Shown here: piece after piece, positions 1 to 18,946 of the stretch
Layout: each line of letters starts with the position of its first letter
How positions within the stretch are numbered: the stretch's first letter is position 1
Source of the DNA: Dictyostelium discoideum
Lineage: Eukaryota
DNA length: 64,000 bases
Assembly (NCBI GenBank): GCA_000004695.1
Contig: CM000151.3
Span: 1,152,001 to 1,216,000 of the forward strand
Direction of reading: 5' to 3'
Position numbers and translations under genes: made by a program
The notes under the pieces: model-generated
Seen by the model: the letters and a program-made list of their open reading frames with translations, nothing else
Database searches by the model: none
What the model was told of the DNA's origin: nothing

Positions 1-1
1 A

Positions 2-6821
<6,820 letters not shown>

Positions 6822-7048
6822 TTGAATTAATTAATAAATATAAAAAAAAAAGAAAAAAAAAAAAAAAAGAAAACTATTTACTTTTTCTTTTTTTTTTTTT
6901 TTTTTTTTTCTTTTTTTTTTTTCTTTTGTATAGATATTAATTATTAAAAAGTTTTTTAAAATTTTATTTTATTTAATTAATTTTATTATTGTATTTACAA
7001 GTTTTTTTTTTTTTTTACAAAGATATATTTTTTTTTTTTTTTTTTGAT

Positions 7049-8899
7049 TTAATCAATAATTTTTAAAATATTATAAAGATTATGATTTAAACAATAATTT
7101 ATAAATTTAACATTTGAATATTTACAATAAATCTCATTTAGAGAATTTGGAAGTGATAGTATTTTAATTGAAGTTGATTTTGTGTTATTTATATACAATG
7201 TGGTAATAGTTTGTGGAAGTGAATATCTATCTAGAATTAATTCACGTTCTCCTGTGTAGGTTATATGTAATGATTTTAATTTTCTTGGGAAAATTGTGTG
7301 TTTTAGAGTTGAAATATCGAATAAGAAATTAAAAGAAATTTGCTCCACTGTTTCTGGTATTTTGAATAGATTAAATGTTGTGATATAAAAATAATCAAAT
7401 TCAATATTTACAATTGGTGTTGATGATTTTATTGAATATGGTAATCCTTGAAGTTTCTTTTGGTCAGATTTCACAATCACTGATGGTGATAGATTTGTTT
7501 TGAAAATGATTTTAGAGATTGGTAAATTTTGATCAAGATATTGAGGATTTGATTCAGTTATACTAATTACAAAGTTTTCCAAAGTCGATGGTAAATATTT
7601 GGCAATCATACTTCTTTTATATCTTTTAAATAGGTGAAGGGTTTTTAAATTTGGTGGTAATATATTTGGTTTATCAAATGGTTGATCGAATCTAGTACTT
7701 TCTCTAAGATCTAAATAAGTGAGAGATTGAGGTAATAATGATTCTTCATTACCACCTGTTGCTGTTGTTGTTGTTGAATCAATAAAAGGTTGGTCAAAAT
7801 TATGACCAAAAGTAATTGATTCTACATTTGTTGATTTTAAAAATCCAATGGGTCTATTATACATATATCCAAATATTATCTTTTTCAAAGTTGGTGGTAT
7901 TGATGATTCTTTAATTTCACTATTGAAATGGAATGAAAAAGTTATTGATGTTAAAAATGGTGGAAGTGAATCAATATTTTGATTAAATAATCTACCAAAT
8001 CTTAAAGATTTTAGTGATGTTAATTTTGACATATTTGATAACTTTTGATTAAATATACCACCAAAACGAATAGATTCTAAAGAAGATGGTAATTTTCCTA
8101 ATGATTTTAATTTACCATTAAAATATTCACCCAATTCTAAAACTTTTAAATTTTTTAATGATTTATCATCATTTTCTTCATTATCATAATCTTCTTTTTG
8201 TTGTTCTATAGCTCTACCACTACTTTTAAATGATGGTAATAATTTAAAAAATAAAGATGATGATCTTTTTCTTTTTGATTGTTTTGAAAAAATCATTTTA
8301 TTAAATGATGGACCAAGTTTTAAAGTTTCTAAACTTGTTGGTAGTACACCATATTGTATCTTTTGATTATAGGCATGTCCAAATTCTAAAGAAGTTAAAG
8401 ATTTTGGAAGTTGAGATGGCTTTAATGGTTGATTAAAGAAATTACCAAATACTAAAGTCTTTAAATTCACTAAACATTGGAAATCAATTGGCTGATTAAA
8501 CGATTCACCAAGTACAAGTGACGTTAAGGATTCTTTAACTGATAGCATTGGAAGGGTGTAGCATACTATTGGTTGGTCGAATTTCTCGCCAAATTTAATC
8601 GATCGGATAGAAGATACTGATACTGAGGGTAGAGTCTTGTTGTAATCTTTTTCACTCTCTAAAATTTCAATATTTGGTAAAGAGTTTAATAGAGTATTCA
8701 ATAATTGTTGATCTTGTTCTTGATAATCTTTTATTAAAATACTTCTTAAATACTCTTTCATTGGGTATTTAGCTAATGATTCTATGGTAAACTCTTGAGT
8801 ATGATAATTATTATTATATAATCTAACATGATGGAAGATTTGTTTTTTTAAATATTTATTTCTAAAAACTTTAAAAAATAATTTTTCTTGGATTTCCAT
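7049..8899 (-). CDS. FNIP-repeat-containing protein, single exon, 616 aa
   Basis: The ORF is uninterrupted, with ATG at 8899-8897. It has more than 15 tandem ~22-aa repeats carrying the FNIP signature (FGxxFNQPI, FGHNFDQPF, FGGIFNQKL, FGRLFNQNI). This Dictyostelium-expanded repeat family is known as the FNIP repeat. Confidence 0.85.
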   Translation of the reverse strand: MEIQEKLFFKVFRNKYLKKQIFHHVRLYNNNYHTQEFTIESLAKYPMKEYLRSILIKDYQEQDQQLLNTLLNSLPNIEILESEKDYNKTLPSVSVSSIRSIKFGEKFDQPIVCYTLPMLSVKESLTSLVLGESFNQPIDFQCLVNLKTLVFGNFFNQPLKPSQLPKSLTSLEFGHAYNQKIQYGVLPTSLETLKLGPSFNKMIFSKQSKRKRSSSLFFKLLPSFKSSGRAIEQQKEDYDNEENDDKSLKNLKVLELGEYFNGKLKSLGKLPSSLESIRFGGIFNQKLSNMSKLTSLKSLRFGRLFNQNIDSLPPFLTSITFSFHFNSEIKESSIPPTLKKIIFGYMYNRPIGFLKSTNVESITFGHNFDQPFIDSTTTTATGGNEESLLPQSLTYLDLRESTRFDQPFDKPNILPPNLKTLHLFKRYKRSMIAKYLPSTLENFVISITESNPQYLDQNLPISKIIFKTNLSPSVIVKSDQKKLQGLPYSIKSSTPIVNIEFDYFYITTFNLFKIPETVEQISFNFLFDISTLKHTIFPRKLKSLHITYTGERELILDRYSLPQTITTLYINNTKSTSIKILSLPNSLNEIYCKYSNVKFINYCLNHNLYNILKIID

Positions 8900-9175
8900 T
8901 TTTTTCTTTTTCTTTTTATGGTAATAAAAATTTTAACCAGGTTAAAAAATAAAAAAAATAAAAATAATAAAAAAATTAAAAATAAAAGTAATTAAACAAA
9001 AATAGATATTTTTAGATTTTTATTACTTTGATTACTTTTATTTTATTTTTAGATTTTTTTTTAATTATTATTTTTTATATTACTATAAACGAAAAATGTT
9101 GATGTGTTCTTTTTTGAGGTTCTATTATTCTTTTTTTAAAACTAATTGCGGCGTATGGTGTTTTTTATTTTGTGG

Positions 9176-9209
<34 letters not shown>

Positions 9210-10279
9210 GAAATTTACACCCCACAAAAATTAAATTAAAAAAAAAAAAAAAAATAATAATAATAATTAAAAAATTTATAATAATTTAAATGATTTTTGC
9301 AATTGATTTGAAATTTAAAAAATATCTGGACTGTTTGACCAATCCTCAATAAAAAAAAATAAAAAATAAAAAAATTAAAAAATAAAAAAAAAAAAATAAA
9401 AACTGGTAAATTTTTGGTGTTTTTCAAATCAATTACAAAAATCAATGGAAAGGCACTTTTTTTTTTTTTTTTTTTTTGTTTTTTTTTTTAATTATTTTTT
9501 TATTTTTTCTTTATTTTTTAAACAACATCCAATTACTTTAAATTATAAATTGTTAACCTTTAATTTTTAAAGTATTAAATTTATATTATAAAATTATTAA
9601 ACCATGAAAAATACTAAATAAAAAGAGATACATTTCATATTAGATTAATAGTCATTTGATTACCTAAAATTTTGCAATATAAAACTAATTTAGAATTAGT
9701 ATATTATGAATGTCATGTGGGTATTTAAAAGAAATTTAAACCCAGTAAAAAATAAAAAAAAAAACAAATAAAAAAAATATATTTTTTATAGTTTTTCACA
9801 TATCTGATTTGCTGGTTTAACTTTATTTTTTTATTTTTATTTTTATTTTTATTTTTTTTTTTATTTTTATTTTTATTTTTTTCATTGTGATTGCATTACT
9901 TCTTAACATTACATTTGATAATATTCCTTTTAAATAAAGTTTAAACTTAAAAAAAAAAAAAATAAAAACCCACTCTAACGATATGATAACGCTACTAGAA
10001 TCACAACATTAAGCCCACGCGTTCAACAAAGCTACAAGCCATCCGAAGATAACCTGTAGACAAGGCCAAGATAAAATAAAATACATTTTTGTTCAAAAAA
10101 AAAAAAATAAAAATAAAATAAATATAATTTAAATTTGTTTTTTTTTTTTTTTTTAAACAAAAATGTGATATTTTATTATATTTTTCTTGATTGTATTTGC
10201 TTGCCCTTTTTAAATTAAAAAAAAAACAAAACAAACAATTGGGTGACCATATGGTAAAAATAAATAATATCAATTGATA

Positions 10280-11790
10280 TTATGTTGAGCATGTTGGAAT
10301 ATATTGGCAACAGTCTCTACATGTAATATTTTTATGCCTGTTAACTTTAAAGGATATACATTTCAATCCTTGGGAAGGGCAATCTAAATCTTCACATGAT
10401 AAACAATCAGTTTTAATACAAATTGGAGAATCATCAATATTATAACAACGTTTACCATGTCCACATTTGAAAATTGAACATGGGTCATAAATAATAGGAC
10501 TATCACTTCCACTTATAGAGGTAGTAACTCCGATAGTAGCTGATGTTGTTACTGTCGATCCTCCAATTGTTGACCCACTTCCTCCACTTACAGTTGATGA
10601 AGTTGTTATTGTTGTTGTTGTTGTTGTCTCAATTGGAATTTCGGTAATTGTTGATACAATAGTGGTTGCAGTTGATGCAATAGTAGTTACTGGAGAACTT
10701 AATCTTGAGGGAGGTTCAACTTCATAGCAAGTACCATTTTCCAAGTGGTGGCATTGTAATGGAAAATCTGTTTTAAACCTTTTAAAAATTATAATAATAA
10801 TAATAATATAAATAATAAATATTAATTTTTTAAAAGTTTTTTTAAAAAGATAATAATAATTACTCTAATAAATGATAATCTGGTCTAAATTTTCTATTGC
10901 AATTAATTATTTCAGTCTCAAACATTTGACTTGGTGGATAACCAATTTTTTTAAAATCTAAACTAATCTCTGATTTATCAGTAATTCCAATATAAGAATA
11001 AACTGAAACACCATCAATGAAAATAAAAAGATCATCAGAATGCGATGCATAAAAATTCATTGGAGGATTATCTGGTGGGAAAAAGCTTACAAAATGTAAT
11101 CTTGCGCACCATTTATAATTATGATCCAATCCATTATTTCCAAAACCTAAACTATCAACTGGAAAGAATTTATCATTGTAATAATGTTTTGTAAAATCAA
11201 AATATTTAAAACCAGATGTAGTTGTTTTTGAACCTTCTTCTGCATATGTCCAACCATTAAAAGTTGATTCATTATGGACCTTTTTTTAAGTAAAGAAGGG
11301 AAAAAAAAGAATTATTAAATTATAAATTAATTCCAAATTTAATTTAAATATATATATAATAAATACCAATAAAATCTTTTCAGTTATTTCATCATATGTT
11401 GGGCTATTTCCATATGAATATGTCATTGAAAGTCCATCTGGTGTGAATTGAGATTTAGCTAATAAATAATCCATTGAAAATGTATTATCTTGAACTTCGT
11501 CCTATAAAAAAAAAAAAAAAAAGAAAAAAAAAAAAATATGATTAATTTATAAATATAATTTTTAATTTCTGATGACTATTTTTTAAAAAAAAAAATTACC
11601 ATATCAAAGTCTGGATTGTTGTTTACATCAAACCATGTTAATATTTGACCTAAAATTAAAAAATTATTAATAAACAAATATAAAACTAGTAATCTAATAA
11701 TATGTATTTCTTTTTAAACCTACCATTAACTGATATGGAAATATAAGAAATCAAAAATATACATAAAAAACTATGAATTAAAAAAGCCAT
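10280..11790 (-). CDS. Secreted PA14-domain / Cys-rich / Thr-rich protein (Psi-family-like), about 388 aa. Five exons: 11790..11724, 11649..11600, 11501..11367, 11279..10864, 10778..10280.
   Basis: Exon 1 encodes a signal peptide MAFLIHSFLCIFLISYISISVNG followed by donor GTAGGT. Introns are AT-rich, 70-100 nt, with GTAATT/GTATTT donors and TTTTAG/TATAG acceptors, and all are phase-consistent. A PA14-like core reads GFGNNGLDHNYKWCARLHF..PPDNPPMNFYASHSDDLFIFIDGVSVYSY. Downstream lie a poly-Thr/Ser stretch and a Cys-rich module (CSIFKCGHGKRCYNIDDSPICIKTDCLSCEDLDCPSQGLKC...CRDCCQYIPTC). Whether the last exon is used is uncertain, because an in-frame TAA overlaps the proposed GTAATT donor at 10860-10865. 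Confidence 0.6.
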
Positions 11791-12189
11791 TGTCTTCCAA
11801 TTTAATTAAATAAAAATAATTTTGTCTGTTTTCCATTTTAAAAAGAAAAAATTGAAATAAAAAAAAAATAAAAAGAAAAAATAATAATAATAATAATTAA
11901 TAAATTAATATAAGCAAATGAAAAATTGTATTTAGGTGTGTGGATTGTTGAAATAAACTGTGGTCAGTTTATTATTTTATTATTATTATTTTTTTTTTTT
12001 TTTTTTTTTTTTTTTTCAATTCATGTAATAAATTGGGGGGTAACTTTTACAAAATAAAATCAAAAATGACAATAACAACTATTTAACAATTTTCTAATTC
12101 AATATTATAATATAATTTACTGATACACTTTTTTTTTTATTTTTTTTTATATAGTTTTTATGGAAAAAAAAAAGAAAAGAATTTGATAT

Positions 12190-12619
12190 TTAATCATCCT
12201 CAGTTGCTGAATCTAATACTTTGAGTGATACTTTTCCAGCAATTTTCAAACCTTTTACAAAACCTTTTGCAGTTTTTTCACGTTTACTCTTCTTTCTTTT
12301 AAGATAACCATTTGTAACTTTGTAATCTTCATGAACAACTTTATTTGCATATGGTCCACATGAATCTTTATGTTTCTTTAATTTTTTAAATTCTTTTCTT
12401 TGATGACCTGGCAAAGTATTTCTCCATTCTGTATATGCATGTAAATAATTTGGTGGAATATTTGTAAGACCAAAATCTAATGCTGTAATACCAATTTGAA
12501 GAACACCATGTTTAGCAAATGATAAATTTTCACATGTTAAAACTTCAATACCTAATGGTAAAAGTGAAAGATCAACACCAACAAAACCTAACAAATCATC
12601 ATTTCCAACTATAGTAAAA

Positions 12620-12692
<73 letters not shown>

Positions 12693-13207
12693 TTTAATGT
12701 TAATATTTTCATAAATATCCCAACTATAATAACATATTGTACAATAAAATAAAAAAAAAAATATATATATACCTTTATCACTATCATAAACATCAAAAAT
12801 AAAAAGTTCTCTACCAACACTTGAAATATCGAGTACAACCTCTTCATTCCAAACTGGATTTAAATTTTTTTCAATTACTTTTGTAACTTTCATAGAATCT
12901 ATACTTGTTGATTTGACTTTAATATAAGGATCAGAGTACCCTTTTTATTTAATAAAAAAAAAAAAAAAAAAAAAACAATATTAGTAAAAAATATGGAAAA
13001 CAATTAAAATAAAAAAATAAAAAACATACCATTTGCATCTGCAGAAATTAAGTTTGAAGCTGATATTAAACGAATTCTGATTTTACCATTTCCATTTGGA
13101 TTTACTACAAATGGACATGCTCCTGGTGGAAGAGATAATTTGTGATTTGCAACTATCGCAATTGGACAATTTGGATTAGTTGCAGCTATCATTGGTGCTT
13201 GCATCAT
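12190..13207 (-). CDS. C2-domain protein, about 254 aa. Three exons: 13207..13030, 12940..12773, 12608..12190.
   Basis: ATGATG lies at 13207. The C2 signature spans exons 1-2: KIRIRLISASNLISADANG|YSDPYIKVKSTS...KVTKVIEKNLNPVWNEEVVLD...FIFDVYDSDKG. Intron 1 has a GTATGT donor and AAAAAG acceptor. Intron 2 (12609..12772) contains a (TAA)n tract. The exon phases (1/1) agree. The C-terminus is basic (KRKKSKREKTAKGF). Confidence 0.75.
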
Positions 13208-13670
13208 TTTTTATTTTCAAAATTAATACTTTGAGAGTTTTTGATAAAAATGAAGGTTTTTTTTTTTTTTTTTTTTTCATAAAGGAATAAAACAAAAAAA
13301 AAAAAAAAAAAATAAAAAAAAAATAAATAAAAAAAAAATAAAAATTGATATTTTAAAAAATCAAAGAAAAAAAAAAGTTGTGATCAAGTGACACAAATTG
13401 ATGTAAAGTCAGAAATAATAAAATATAAAAAAAAAAAAAAAAAAAAAAAACAAATCAAATTGTGGATGGCACCAAAAATTTTATTATAAACAATTCAAAT
13501 AAAAATTAAAAATTTGTGCCTTTTTGAAAATGATTTGTTTAATTTTTTTTTTTTGTTTTGTTTTTTTAGATATTTTTTTTTTTTACAACTTTTTATTTTT
13601 ATTTTTATTTAAAACTTTTTTTTTTTTTTTTTAAAAAAAAGTAGTAGTAGTAGTAATATTACTTATATTT

Positions 13671-14186
13671 TTATAAACCTTCAATTCTTGTATATAAAAC
13701 ATCTTCACCTTCATCAGTTGTTATTCTCTTTTTCATTGGATTTGACATTGATTCAGTTACTTGGAATTTAAGTGAACTATATGATTTTCTTTGTGGTAAA
13801 AGTCTAATTGCCAATTGATCTACAACAGTTGTTGCTACAGCTAATAAACCAAGACCTGAAACAAGAGTTAATAATAAAGTTTGGAAATGGAAAGAACCAA
13901 TTGTACCAGTTTGAATGAAAATAACACGAATACCATGACGTTTATAAAGTAATCTTGAATGAATACTTTCTAAAATGATTGTTTCTGGTACATCATAAAT
14001 TGTATTTGCAATTTGTTGAACTGAATAAACATATTTAAAATCTGATGTTGAATATGTATATGTATTTGAATATGTAATGAAAACAAATAATACAACACCA
14101 TCATATCTAATTGAAACATTTGAATCAACTGGTGCTATATATTATATTGTTTTGTATTATATTTTGAAAAAAGTAATTAATATATA

Positions 14187-14233
<47 letters not shown>

Positions 14234-15128
14234 AGAAAATTATAAAATTAAACTTACAAGCTTGATCTAAACTAACACCACCAAAAGATAATAATTGACC
14301 AATTGTCATGATATCTGGTTTACCTGATACACCAATTGAGGTACCATTTGCATCGATTTGAACTTCATCACCATCTTGATTTAAAATGTAACCATGTAAA
14401 TCGACTGCATTAAATTGAGAACCTGATGAAGATGCATACATTGTATGATCGATTAAAATTGTAAAACTCTCAATATCTGCAATATAAATATTTTTTGCAG
14501 ATCCTGGTTCATCAACAAATTTACAAGTTGGATCGGTAAAATTACAATTTGCTTCTTGTTTTGATAAACGAACACGTGTTGTACATGTAAATGTACTATC
14601 TTGACCAACTGGAAATAATGCTAATTGTTCATCCCAATAATTACATTCAAGTGGTGTAAATGGATATGTTGAACCATTATGTTGTTGATTTGAGCAATAT
14701 GTTAAATTTGATGCAAAAGTATTTGGCTAAATAAAAAAAATAAAACAAAAAAATAAAAAAAGAGTTAATCATAAAATTTAAAATTTAAAATTTAAAATTA
14801 AAAATAAAACTTACACCTTTTAAACTTGTTCTAACAGAACCAATTGGAACTTCAGTGAAAAGGTAACCTTTTTTTATAATTGCTGAATATACAACAATGT
14901 ATGCTACAATACCAACCAAAAACGATAAATGAAGTATACCTAAACGTCTGTCTCTAATTCTTACAATCTTTACTGTAGAATATTGAAATATATCATCTGT
15001 AATAAAATTAATTTGTGTGTTAATACTATTGTGTATATTTTTTATTTATTTTTTATTTATTATTTATTTTTTTATTTTATTTCTATAAAATTTAAATTCA
15101 ACAAACCCCAATCAAAACTAAAACCCAT
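13671..15128 (-). CDS. p2xA: P2X family ATP-gated cation channel, 378 aa. Four exons: 15128..15107, 14996..14815, 14726..14258, 14134..13671.
   Basis: The spliced product begins MGFSFDWDDIFQYSTVKIVRIRDRRLGILHLSFLVGIVAYIVV. That gives the conserved P2X N-terminal Y-x-T-x-K motif and TM1. The ectodomain contains the Cys pairs (CNYWDEQ..CTTRVRLSKQEANCNFTDPTCKF), and TM2 reads IQTGTIGSFHFQTLLLTLVSGLGLLAVATTVV. Introns start GTTTGT, GTAAGT and GTAAGT and end in AG, with phases all consistent. The total is 1137 nt, or 379 codons including the stop. From memory, the length and N-terminus match the published D. discoideum P2XA. I cannot exclude a paralogue (p2xB-E) without a database comparison. Confidence 0.8.
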
Positions 15129-15501
15129 TCTTTTTTTTTTTTTTTTATTTCCAAATTATTATTTTTATTTTTTTTTTTTTTTTGTTATTTACAGTGTTGA
15201 ATTAAGAAAATAAATAAAAGATTTGTATGTATTTAAAACAAATTTATCGAAATCAATTATGATGTCACGTCTGTTTTTTTTTTTTTATAAAAAAAAAAAA
15301 AATTAAATAAAAAAAAAAAAAAAGTTTTATAAAAAATAAAATAAAAAAAAAAAGAAAAAAAATAAAATAAAAAAGTGAAAGGTCGGAAAAAGATATTTTC
15401 AATCTTTAAAGCGATCACCGCGGTTTTCAGTTTAACTAAAAAAATAAAAAATAAAATAAAAAAAATAAAAAATGAAAGTGTTTTAAAAATAAAAAAATAA
15501 A

Positions 15502-15537
15502 GGGATAAATCCATTGTTTTATTTATTTTCAATCAAA

Positions 15538-15600
<63 letters not shown>

Positions 15601-15668
15601 ACAAATAATAAATAAATAATAAATAAATAAATAAAGGAATAAATCCATTGTTTATTTATTTTTTATTT
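15502..15668. repeat. (AAAT)n microsatellite of about 27 units flanked by a 30-bp direct duplication
   Basis: aaagggataaatccattgttttatttatttt [ (aaat)n ] aaaggaataaatccattgtttatttatttt. This lies in the 640-bp spacer between the P2X gene start and the PIG-P gene end. Confidence 0.85.
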
Positions 15669-15767
15669 TCCATTTTTTTTTATTTGATTAAAAATAAATA
15701 AATAAAAAATAGTAATAAATAAAAAAAAAAAAATAAAAATAAAAAATAAAAAAAAATTATTATTGTA

Positions 15768-16114
15768 TTATTTTGTAAATAATCTTGGTGAATTTGAAGG
15801 TGAACCAGACACATTTATAGAATTTGAAGGTAAATTTAAAATTCTTTTCGTTATAACAGGTGTTGAAGGATTACCATTGGTATTTGTCGTAGATAGTCTT
15901 TGATTTGAATGAGAAAATAATGAATTGTTTGGTGAATTACTACCATAATTTATATTTGAAATAATTGATTGAGGTAATAATGATGTAGAATATAAATTTG
16001 GTGATGATAATGGTTTAGATGGTAATAAATTATTATTTGGTATATTTTTTTTATAAATGTTATTTATATTTCTATTGTTATTATTAATACTATTAATATT
16101 GTTACTATTATTAA

Positions 16115-16152
<38 letters not shown>

Positions 16153-16801
16153 ATGCTATTACTTTGAGTATGTGATGGTCTTTGTTGTTGTTGTTGATAT
16201 AAAATTTCATTTACAACACCAATTGGTATATCCTCAAGTGGCGGTATCGATTCAGGTAGATAAGCAAATGCATGGTCAGCTTCATGAGAGAATTGATCTT
16301 TGAATGTATTGAATGATTCCAATGGTTCAGTGATAATAAGGTTAATACAAAAGTAAACAACCAAACCAAAGATCGCACAAACCACCAAATACATTGGTAT
16401 AGCAATCGCCCAATATTTACTTGGATAATAGTGTACACCCAATTCTGATAACACACTCTCTGGTATAAATGCCCATAATAGATATAATATATATCCTAAA
16501 AATGTTGCAATCCAATAAACAAATCCATAAACTTCTGTATTTGCTCCTTTTTTTGGTTGTTGTTGTTGTTGTTGCTGTTGTTGTTGCTGTGTCATCTCTT
16601 GTTGAAATTGTTGATGGTGTTGAGGTGAAGAAGATAATAATGGAGTTGAAATTTGTGTGGGTGTATTTATATTTGAAATCTGTGGTGGTGTTGTTATAGT
16701 TGATAATGCTGGTGTTGTATCTTCATTATTACTATTTATATTATATACAATTGGATTACTATGACTAGAATGAGACAATGAAGTTGGTGTATTTATAGAT
16801 A

Positions 16802-16845
<44 letters not shown>

Positions 16846-17576
16846 GTAGTAGTAGTACCAATAGTGGGAGTTGCTACTGCAGCAGTAGTTATTGTTGTTG
16901 TTGGTAAATTAAGTATTGGTACTGATGATGATGAAGATGATGTAGGTATTGACCCTATTGGCGGATTAACCTGTATAGGTGAAGATAAATTTGTACTTGG
17001 TGTAGTTGCTGTTGTTGTTGCTGTTGTTATTGGTGTAGTTGTTGTTGTTGGTTGTGATGGCGTAGTAGTAGTTGTTGTTGTTGTTGTTGTTGTTGTGGCA
17101 TTTGTTGCTCCTCCTCCAGTTGAGGATGCTACATTTATATTTGCATTGGCTGATGGAGATGGTGAAGGTGATGACGATATAATTGGCATTGTAACAATAG
17201 GTACAGATGATGATGATAATGATACCATAGGAATTGTTGTAGTTGTAGTTGATGTTGTATTATTATTATTACTATTATTACTATTATTACTATTATTATT
17301 ATTATTATTATTTGAAATAATAGTAGGTGGAGAATTTGGTATATGTGTATTTATTAAATCTAATTGAAATGTATTTAATAGTGGTAATGCTGGATGTGAA
17401 GTAGAGGATTGAAGTATTGGTGATGTAGATAGTGATGTACTTCCTAATCTATTGGTATTAATACCAATGCCACCTGTACTATTATTCAATTGATGTATAT
17501 TATGTGAATTTTGTTGTGATAATCTCCTTTGATGTCCACCATGAAAAGAGGATGTTGACCCTCCGCTTTGGCTCAT
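15768..17576 (-). CDS. PIG-P (GPI-GlcNAc transferase subunit P) homologue with a long low-complexity N-terminal extension, single exon, 602 aa
   Basis: The ATG is at 17576. A conserved PIG-P/DSCR5 core reads EVYGFVYWIATFLGYILYLLWAFIPESVLSELGVHYYPSKYWAIAIPMYLVVCAIFGLVVYFCINLI. It has two TM helices and the YYPxKYWA motif. The rest is poly-N/T/Q/S typical of Dictyostelium. Confidence 0.7.
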
Positions 17577-17784
17577 CCTTTAATGTTTTTCTGTATCTGA
17601 GTCTTTGTGTTATATATATAACAGATGAAAATTGAAATTAGTTTTTTTTTTTTTTTTTTTTATGTTTTTAGAAAAATGAAAATGAAAAGATTGTGTAAAA
17701 AAAAAAAAATAAAAAATAAAAAATAAAAAAAAATAAAATTTTTAACCATTTGGAACTTGGAAAAAAAAAAAAAAAAATATTTTC

Positions 17785-17825
<41 letters not shown>

Positions 17826-18435
17826 TATGATTTAATTTTAGTTTTTTTTAATATGAATTTAATTTATAAAAATAGAGTTCTAAAAAATTCTAGAAATGAT
17901 ATAAAATATAAAAAAAAATGAATGTAATCATTTTGTTTTTTTTTTTTTTTTAATCAAAAATTTTATTTTTAGTATTTATCAATTTATGTAATTGTTTTTT
18001 TTTTATTTTAAAGAACAATGAGTAGGGAATAAATTTTATAATAATAATTAAACCCTATTCTTTTTTTTTTTTTTTTTTTTTCCAAGAGTCAAGTTTGAAT
18101 GTTTTTATTTATTTGAAAAAATGATATTTTTCCGAGTTTATAATAAAAAAAAAAATAAAAAAAAATAATAAAAAATAGCGGGATTGTGTAAATTGTACCA
18201 TTGCAATGATGGTGACAAGTTACAACAAAGAAAAAAAAAATAAAAAAAATAAAAAAAATAAAAAAATAAAAATAAATAAATATTAGGAACCAATAAATAA
18301 CGATATAACATAACAAAAAAAAATATAATCATTTGTCGCACTTTATAACCCTTATTGTTTATATTTATAAATAAAATTTAAAAATATAATCATTTTGTCG
18401 CACTTTATGATTTTTTTTTTTTATTTTTTAAATTT

Positions 18436-18469
<34 letters not shown>

Positions 18470-18656
18470 ATGGTTTATTTAAAATAAAAAATAAAAACGA
18501 ATGGTTATGGCGTTTTGAATTGGGATTTTTTTGATGCTTTGGGAAAAAGTTGGTTTCCCAAATTGAGATATTTTAACAATCTTTTTTTTTTTTATTATTA
18601 ATATTTTTTTTTTTTCTTTTTTTTTTTTTTTGAATGCCGTTATTTACCATCAATTA

Positions 18657-18723
<67 letters not shown>

Positions 18724-18946
18724 TTTTTTCTTTTTTCTTTTTTCTTTTTTCTTTTTTTTTTTTTTTTTTTTTTTTTGTGATTGCCGATTTTAGATTCAAA
18801 ATATATTTGAATTGAACAATATCCTCAACCCCATCCCCTTTGTATATAAATTATAAAAGTAAGTATAGTTTAATTATTATTATTTTATTTTTTTTAACTC
18901 GTTCCAATAAATATTAAAAAATATAAATAATTTTTAAACAAATAGA

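Noticed and set aside
10030-10100. Dictyostelium Class I RNA or spliceosomal snRNA identity for the GC island
   Set aside because: I could not find the Class I conserved motif, or U1/U2/U4/U5/U6 signature sequences. I kept only the weaker 'candidate ncRNA' finding.
10744-10744. 'M' starts given by the ORF track at several positions (10744, 12594, 60267, 30702, 35894 and others)
   Set aside because: The underlying codons are TTG or other non-ATG triplets lying inside exons downstream of acceptor sites. They were treated as internal residues, not initiators.
16864-17367. Plus-strand ORFs (16469-16699, 16864-17367) rich in V/D/G lying antisense to the PIG-P gene
   Set aside because: They are mirror images of the sense-strand poly-Asn/Thr (AAT/ACA) codons, where GTT/GTC/ATC repeats give poly-V/D/I. 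They have no domain content and overlap a well-supported gene on the other strand.
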